Assembly (NCBI GenBank): GCA_051362555.1
Contig: CM120646.1
Span: 20,336,001-20,400,000, forward strand
DNA length: 64,000 nt
Origin: Lingula anatina
Lineage: Eukaryota; Animalia; Brachiopoda
Direction: 5' to 3'
Position numbers and translations under genes: made by a program. Shown here one piece after another: positions 55,901 through 64,000 of the stretch (positions are counted from its first letter, which is position 1; each line of letters starts with the position of its first letter). The notes below the pieces were generated by a model that was not told the DNA's origin, made no database searches, and worked only from the letters and a program-made list of their open reading frames with translations.

Positions 55901-58153
55901 GTCTCATGGCACTATGTCTTATGGGTTTTCTACATGAATCCGAGTTTTTTCTGCAAAATCGAAGTTTGTTTGAAAGTTTTCTCTCACCTACGAATCATTG
56001 TTCGATCGAAACACTATTGCACATATACATGTACGTTTGTTTACGCTGTTTTATAATTTTTAAGAAGTAAGCCCTAAATGTTCCTCGTAACGTGAAAAAC
56101 TCTTAGTCAGTACTGTGAGGGCTATCTACCTGTAGCTATGTATAACAACCCGCCCTAGTTGAAATTATAATCAACTGAAGACGTTCTTACAAAAAGAAAT
56201 TTAATTAAAGTTCAAATTCATAACTTTTGAGACTGTTGATTTGAGTCAACCCTGAACGAATGTACTTACACACGCAACAATACAAATTTTGCACTTTTCT
56301 TTTTGTGAAAATAGTTATATTGCAAATTAAAAACTAAGTACACTGCACAATAATAATCGAAGGCAAAACCATAAACAAGGTAGCTTTTCGGTATTTCAGT
56401 CCCGGGATTAACCGCAATGACGACAGCAAACTTCGCAGAATCGGTAGGAGTCGATCGCCCACACGATACCTCCTATATTGAGAACAACACCCAAACAGAC
56501 AAAAATACACAGATGGCAACCATTCCATATTCCCAGAGCCCGGCAGAGGACCCTTTAGCTGCGTTGGAAGGAAAACCTGCAAATGAATCCAAAGACGACA
56601 CCCAGAAGGGGATGGCCAGAGAGGGGGAATCAACCAATCCCTACGTTGCTGTTCAACCGCATGGCATGATGGAGCCGTCGGGATCAGAGAGCCATACCAA
56701 CATGGCGGCCGAGTTGCCCTCGGAGGAGTTGCTCTCACTTGCCACAGTTGACGGTCTGGCAATGACACCTCTGCGCTGGCAGTGCGGTATAACCATCACT
56801 GGTAAATCACACGGCTTTCACTTCAAGCTGTATTGTTATTGTGATGCATTATGCCACGTCTTCAATGATTGCTGCCTTGGTGTCTCTAATAGGTGCAATA
56901 TCTCTACGGACGACAGGTCTACCCCGCTGCAAATGACAACGCAGCTCAACAATACATCTACCCCTGATGACGCCATTAACATCTCAGCTACACACGTAGA
57001 GCAAAATGCCTCCAAAAGTATCAACTTAGGTGTGAATAATGAGGGCGATTTCAATGTTAGCAGCGGAAAGAATGACACTGAAGTCGGAACAGATGTAAAT
57101 CAAGCATCGCCCCGCAGTTTAAATGTCAAACCGGCGTCGATTAGCCTCCCTCAGAAGAAAGTCCAGTCGCCATCTCTCACGTACACCGCGAGTTCGATTG
57201 CGAATAAATTATCCTGCTACACACCGGCGTTCATAAATGACATCCACGAGGACACCAAAGGCCCTGTATTGCACATTGAACGTTACTGGATGGTGGACAA
57301 GTGTCCAGACGAGTGGACAGACGATGTCGTTAGGGAGCTGTGCTCGGCCGTCTACACCAATATCAATACGCAGAGAGATGTGGCCATCAACCAACCTGTG
57401 ACTGATCAAAGCACTTCGATTGCCTATAAAAACAGATTCTGCGCATTGTGCCACGGGGTAGAACTCGGTAAAAAGTGGGAACTATACGTTCGTTGTAGGT
57501 ATACATCAGCTTTGGACCTTTTGGAATGCAGATCATTCGACTGCGTTATCGAGAAAATACGCGAGAATGCATACAACTGCAATGGACATTTTAAAGACAA
57601 TCTAAGTACCAGAGCGCTGCTTTGCTTTCCTGACTTGACGGATAGCGATTATCCGGAATGTACCTATGCCATTGTTGAAGGCCGCGTCACATGGTCCAAC
57701 TATAAACACGACACACCTCTACAGAATGCTTGCAAGGCTTACACAAACCCAGTACAGGTTGCTTCAACCAACGCCTTGTATAAGAACTACCACTGCCTGC
57801 TGTGCTACAGTGGCTTGAAGCATTTTAGGTGCAGGGGTAAGGCATCATTGTCGTTTGCATGTTCTTTATCATTTCTATTAAAATATGTTAATCTAATTCA
57901 TATTTAAACTAGATACGTTTTGACATTCAAAATGGTTACAACTTAAAAGCATGACTGGAAATTGTAGAATATAGCGTAGCCTTTTATGTAAATATGCAAG
58001 TTTGAACTTGTTCCAACACTTTTTTCACGTTTTCCTAATAATTTCCATTCATATTGAACGTGTATTCTCCTATAAGCAAGTATAAAAATCGGACCAGGTT
58101 CCTTGTGTGCGATTCCCTAGAAAGGATAGATAAGTGCACCGCCAGATTTTATT

Positions 58154-58204
<51 letters not shown>

Positions 58205-59548
58205 TTTTTTGTTTTGCACTTAAAACATTCATGGATATTTACCGATTTCATAATTTCTTATAAACCTTCATTGCATTGTTTAAATGTCACAGCGACGTGG
58301 GCTAGAGCTCTTTCAGTAATATAACCGACATACTGTAATAAAAACAATCTTTCAATAATGTAACATGTATTCAATTTGATATAAAAATATGAATGAAATG
58401 TACCCCTGTATTCCATTTGATAAAGATGATTGTTCACTGTGCTGACTTTATTTCAGAAAATCCGGCAACAGATCCGACTAAGCAGTTTGTACTTGACGCC
58501 TTTTCTTTCAGCGCCTTCCTTTACATTGGCGCTATCGAGGAGAAACAAAAGGCAGACGGAATCCAGGTAAGCTCAGTGTCTGTATCTTAGCAACAGGTAC
58601 CTGTATCTAGGCAGCAGGTCCCTGAATATTGGCAACAGATGCCTGTTTCTCGGCAATAGGTCCCTGTATACGTTAATTTAAACATGGCTTATGAATGGCT
58701 ACACTTGTCTTTGCCTGAACTTCAATGTGACCGATTCCTAGTAAAACTAAACGTGTAATCTCACACTGTACACGTTTGAATCTTGTCGTGAAACGTGCTT
58801 CGAAACATATAGGTTGCAATAAGGGTTATTGGTACATATAGTTACGTGAAATTTCAACTAAATGGATTTTAATTAACTGACACATAGTAACCTCTTGAGT
58901 ACCATGACTGGCGAAAATATCCTATTAACAAATAACAACACCCATAAGGATGTCTTTGTAATTCAGGACTTCGCAAGTGGTTTGGTGTGTCCGCCTGGCT
59001 TCGTGGCGGATGGACAGACCTGTCACCCCGTTCTCTACAACTTCACCCAAGCAAACTACCTACTGATACTTGAGTTCGAGCCCCTAGGCTGGTCGCCCTC
59101 AGATCCCTTCCAATGCCATATCCTCCGACTTGAAATTGAGCTAAAGCCCATGGGCACCGTGACCCACCCTTCGCTGCAGCTGTGCGAAATCATGACCGAC
59201 CCGGTTACTGGCAACGTCACAGTTACTCTTAAAACACCGGTGACTTTCATCGAAGTTCTGGCAGATTATGGGCAGGGTTTGAAGGAATTGGCGTGTATCC
59301 GGTCTTTCTATGAGAATGAGCTTAAGTCTAAAGAAATCTCACTACCCGAAGGACGTCTCCGCGTGCGCCCTTCTTCGCAGGACACAAAGCACTGCCCGCG
59401 CCGAGCTGATGAGGATGACGGCAAGGCAGATGATGATCGCAAACCAGAAAAACGACCAGCGCAAAAGAAAAGCCGTGGCTTGGTCATCGCAAGTGAAACC
59501 ATGTTGATCATGGCAATGTTCTTACTCTGTCGCATGGTTATCTGTTAA
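52937..59548 (+). CDS. Secreted or GPI-anchor-type protein with somatomedin-B-like and Cys-rich (YKNxxCxxC) modules; exons 52937-53015, 56400-57836, 58457-58566, 58967-59548; about 735 aa
   Basis: Signal exon MTKFGAGWWFHSVLAAMLVIGGRSAT|GTTGGT (phase 1). The large exon after TTTCAG contains SMB-like CYCDALCHVFNDCC, WMVDKCP, PVTDQSTSIAYKNRFCALCHG and YKNYHCLLC. Downstream phases (1,0) are consistent. The protein ends in a hydrophobic tail GLVIASETMLIMAMFLLCRMVIC*. AATAAA lies near 60235. Confidence 0.82.
54580..55617. repeat. Diverged direct repeat of about 90 bp (about 54580-54670 and about 55521-55617)
   Basis: Both copies contain TTCTCCTTGATCTTTGCGGT..T.GGCATCCCA ... TACGCTTTCA..GG.TGT.GTGTC. 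Confidence 0.75.
58590..58670. repeat. 21-bp minisatellite, about 4 diverged units
   Basis: GCAACAGGTACCTGTATCTAG / GCAGCAGGTCCCTGAATATTG / GCAACAGATGCCTGTTTCTCG / GCAATAGGTCCCTGTATA. Confidence 0.75.
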
Positions 59549-61269
59549 AGGTTCCGCGTAACCAAATCACGCCGTTATTACCAACTCTGCGCAACCAGAC
59601 GCACGTGTAATCAACGCATTTTACTCAAGATCATTTATGTATATATTGCCTTATGAAGAAACGTACGTTGTCTGGCAGACAGGCCGTGGCTGATCATCTC
59701 CATATACTTCCGTTGTTCATCATCGTTGTTTATAGTTAGTATGGTCCCATCAAAAAACACAAAATGGCGCGTTTCACTGTACGGTCCATGAAATTGTTCT
59801 TGCAGCCGATGGTACTCTTTTCACGGGTTTACCAAAGTGATACGTGGTTTTCTCTTGGCAACCTAGCTTGGTGTGAATTCAAGCAGTCACATTTGCTTAC
59901 AAGGAGGCATATTTTGATAATATTTTAATTACAATTGGTGTTGGGGTATTTCAATGGTCACGCTACGTACGTCAGTGCTCTACTACTCACATCCTCAATT
60001 TACACTATGATCAGTTGTCTGGGTGTTACGTCGTAGTAGATTTAGTAAATGGGTACCCATGTACATGTAGCAATGTACATAAGTGCGGTTGGGTTGACAG
60101 TTTTTTTGTGAGGGAGTATATTACATGTATCAAAATCAGGTGACCCATAAAAAGCATTGGATTATTTACAGAATGTTTAAGGTATGTGCACGGGGACTGC
60201 CTGGAAAGGGTAAGCAAATGTGTTGAAAATATGAAATAAATGTTGTCATAGACAAATGTTTTAATTCTTTAACACATTCCACTCTAAACCCAATGACATT
60301 ACAGACCTCAATATCGACTCTCTAGCAAGCGTTTGGTGGTGCACAGAGAATCCCTCATGATAGTTTCTGCTTCCCATCCATTTGTACAGGTAAGCCTCGT
60401 CCTAGAATTTGACCCAGTTAGGTCAGGCTAACCCTAACCATTATGACTAAATGGAGGGCGGACTTGCTGTTACATGGACCCTCGGTAACGTTACACCGGT
60501 GTACACCACCGAACGCCAGTTGCTATGTGCGTCGTCGAGGAGATATTCAAATTATTTCTTAGTTTTCGAAAGACCCAGTGCTGTTTCCAAAAATTGGTTA
60601 TAATTAAGTTCCCGACCCTTTTGTCATCTGTGTTATTACCGCAAGTTCTCGCGGTCGATGCCAAATTTACCCGACTCCGCCATATTTGATTTTCTTAGCA
60701 CAAGAAGGCTTGGTACTGAGTTATTAAAATTTTAAAGAAATAATAATAATAAAATAAAAATTAAAAAAAAAATAAAAAATATAAAAAAACTACACAAATA
60801 TACAGTGCACTGAATCTTGGTATGGTTTGCTATACTTTAATGCCGACATGTTTATTCTTATAGGTATGCTGTTATGCGCTTTAATATGACGACTAGACCA
60901 ATTTGAAAATTGAATGTATCCTCAGATTAGTTGTCTAATTTAGAAAAATAAAACAACCGGTATAAACTGCAATTTTTAAATTTCTTTTAATTTTATTATG
61001 TTTTGGACATTCCACCGTAGCCATGGGAGATAAACTGGGAGACATGGGAGACAAGTAGCAGACCACGTGACCTGAACGTCTTGCCTAAAGGAACGTAAGG
61101 GTGTGGCGGGCGGAAGAGAGTCTTAAACGTATATTGCGGCAGTTCTATATCCATTATGGTCCAATCACACGCAAAAATAATTGTATGAAGTAAATTACTT
61201 TACAAGTCTTTCATGGCCGTTAATCCAACACTGTTTCGTAATAAATACGTGCACAAATTTTAAACAGTC

Positions 61270-61477
61270 TCAAACTGCTGCCTGCGCCTGTGCTAAAGCC
61301 CTCTCCTGCTGCCCGTACGCATGCTGCAGAAACCCTGTATACGGAACGTGCACGTTGGACAAGGCGACTTGGCGGCTGGGGGCGTTTTCGTCTTCTAGCG
61401 GTACACGCAGCCCTTGCCTAGACCTAGGGTTGTCATCGTCTATGACTACAAGTTCTGGAAATCCTTTGTATGGAGCC
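61270..61477 (-). CDS. Possible terminal coding exon of a minus-strand gene whose upstream exons were not identified
   Basis: GC-richer island open to TGA (APYKGFPELVVIDDDNPRSRQGLRVPLEDENAPSRQVALSNVHVPYTGFLQHAYGQQERALAQAQAAV*). It follows an acceptor-like TCTCACAG and has minus-strand AATAAA downstream (about 60851, 60992). No recognisable domain. Confidence 0.35.
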
Positions 61478-61584
61478 CTGTGAGATGACCCTAGAGACAA
61501 ACAGATTGTACTAGAAGAAGCTATATGTAAAACAGGGTTTAAATTGCGGTAAAAGGATTTTGCAGTGCCTTTAGATAAAGTTAA

Positions 61585-61658
61585 AGGGATAACAACTGTT
61601 GATTTTGGGGAAAATATGAATTTTCCTGGGGTAAACAACAATTTTTCCATATACTTAC

Positions 61659-61706
<48 letters not shown>

Positions 61707-61899
61707 TAATAATCTCTTAAGAGATTATTATAGAGTATAGCCATCTATGGAGGGCACATGGTATAATAGAAAGAATATTTTCAGAATATTTGCTTTTACT
61801 GCCGTTTTTGTGATGAAATAGAATATACTATATTTCTGTGAGTTGTTTAGAATGTTTTTATTGTGAAGTATAGATCTCATACGAAGAGTTGTTATCCCT
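61585..61899. mobile_element. Non-autonomous DNA transposon (MITE) with TTAA flanks, Kolobok-like; copy 2
   Basis: TTAA-AGGGATAACAACT ... AGTTGTTATCCCT-TTAA, a perfect 13-bp TIR. Homologous to 92-402, with an internal poly-T expansion at about 61662-61705. Confidence 0.78.
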
Positions 61900-63738
61900 T
61901 TAATCTCTTACTTAATAAGTTTACAGCTCAAAATATACATGTATCAACACTTTCAGTTTGAAAAGAAATGCACTTTAAACGTTGGTCTTTCATATAAATG
62001 AGATATCGTCATAATTCATTCCTAGAAAAAAGAGAAACAAACAAATGTTCTGAACTGATTTTTTTGCCGTTGAATCCGTTGAATAAGCCAACCTCTATGC
62101 CCGAATTATTCCAACAACAAATAACAAAGTTTAAAACTCAACACGTTTTGAAGAAATACAAAGACGGTTCCAACAGCTGATCACACATTTGTCCGTCGCT
62201 GCTCATGACGAAACTCTGCCTCACATATAATTTACGGCCCAGTGGGTACATCAAGGAAATTTGTATGTCATTGCTTTATAGGATTATAGAAAATGCCTAC
62301 CTTTACCCAGTGAATGACAAAGTGTTTTCATGTCACCTCTGTAACTTTAAGCGTAATTTATCTCCACTAACTCAACAAAAAAAGCGCGCCAGTGCTTTGT
62401 TATTCCATTGCTTGTGGCATGAGTTAAATCGAACAGAAGATTTTCAATAAAATGATAAATGTTTTCAGAAAACATTTAAAACTGTTTTAGAAAGACTACA
62501 AACCCACCGTAATATCTGCTGTAACAAGTTCTGCACAAAGGCCATCCACTCGCTTGTAAGACTAGGAGACAGACTACAAATATTGACGATTTGAAGAAAG
62601 CCATTACCGCCACGTCCCTTTATCTTGCAGAAAATAAACTAAATCATTCGCTGACAGTTCTTTATAACCGTCACTCGCGTGAGAATAACGATGCATTGAC
62701 CACATGTTAGTCAAACCTGACGAAAAAGGATGTGCTGTCCTTGATGTTTATTGATAGTGAAACCCCACAGTGTATTAGGGCGCGGCGCTTTTAAACCACA
62801 TCCGTTCTTTGGGTGAAGGATGAGTTCTATTGGTCACTTTTTAAAATTAATTGCGATAGGATTTTCCTTATTCTAGCACTCTTTTTACATATATCCATTA
62901 TTTATTATCTTGAAAAACGCCGCAAAAAGACGCGTTAATTGTCAAGTCGACCTGCATCGCAAGCTAAGGCTGTCAAGTTATTTTCTATATGTGCACAGGC
63001 CAGATGTTTTTTTTTAACAAAACTGTTGCTACGAAATATGAAACAAAGGTGTATGCACAATAATTATAATGATAATAGTAATAATGATAATAAAGATGAT
63101 AATAGTATATTTGAAAAAATAAAAAAAATCATTATAAATAAGATGATAAAAAATATTAATGGATTGCGAATGAACAAGACAGGTTAAAGGGACAAAACTG
63201 GAAGTCAGGACATTCCGTGATCCCCACTCCTTACGTTACTCGCGACCCCTTTCCGGTTTGACCAGCAGTTTTCCTCATTGCATTCTGCGGTGACTAAGGC
63301 AACCGTTTATATCCTGGTGTTACTGCTGACTATCTGTATCAGAGAATGTAGTTCCTTGTTCAGGAAGTTATACTTACACAAATCCAACAGAAGATAAACA
63401 AACACACATACTGGTGGGCAAACCCAGTACAGCTGCACTTAAAAATAATTTTCTCCAGACCGATTTGCAAAATTTGTGGTTCGGTTTCAAAAACCAAATA
63501 TGAATTGTCTTAAAAACAGAAAGCAATATCTTATCATAAAATATTATTCAATCATTTTTTCTTCTTAGAATGAACAACCATTCCAGGCCATTGTGTTAGT
63601 TGGTACGCGTGCACTTGACGGGTATGTCAAGCTGCGTTCACTCACGTCATATTCCATTATACAGAAAGTTGAGTATTACTTTCCTACGCTTCTGTAAGCT
63701 GATATAATACCACTATTATAAAACAAGAGTGGTGCTAT

Positions 63739-63773
<35 letters not shown>

Positions 63774-64000
63774 TTTTTGTTGTATCATCCTCATTTTAGA
63801 TATTGACACAAAGCTAAAACATTCCTTGTACATCCATCGCTAGAGAGAGGAAACATATTCTATGTACGCATTTGGTTAGTAAACAGCTATGAACTATGAA
63901 ATACGTGCATCACGCCCCTTTGATGACGATAAGTGAAATGAATGATAAAGGCAACAAAGTAGAAAGAAATATGAAAATAATAATAATACAATGAACAATG

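Noticed and set aside
63160-63397. Plus-strand open stretch with a hydrophobic segment (VYILVLLLTICI)
   Set aside because: No start codon or convincing splice acceptor; probably chance.

Overview
AT-rich, intron-rich animal genomic DNA with many microsatellites. The gene content suggests a lophotrochozoan, probably a mollusc (inference). I assembled five spliced genes by hand from GT-AG sites with consistent reading phase. (1,2) A head-to-head pair of paralogous 3-exon genes (922-2860 minus; 5512-7512 plus). Each encodes a RAIDD/CRADD-type CARD, a shared unnamed middle domain, a coiled coil and a basic tail, with no death domain or caspase domain. The ORF track misses the CARDs because introns split them. 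(3) A 9-exon type-I membrane protein (8974-14377 minus): signal peptide, unassigned Trp-rich domain, PAN/apple, 3 EGF, TM and a tyrosine-motif-rich tail. (4) A 6-exon Cys-loop nicotinic acetylcholine receptor alpha-type subunit (16853-36924 minus) with divergent ligand-site and M2 residues. (5) A 4-exon secreted or GPI-type protein with a somatomedin-B-like module and Cys-rich modules (52937-59548 plus). There is also a possible terminal exon of a sixth gene near 61.3-61.5 kb, several MITEs (two copies of a TTAA-flanked element, a TAA-flanked element, a TA-flanked element, a foldback), a tRNA-derived SINE relic and a template-switch hairpin. The best candidate for an undescribed system is the divergent CARD-coiled-coil pair, with kB/AP-1-like motifs between the genes and a tyrosine-motif receptor next door. 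No database searches were run; family calls rest on motif recognition.
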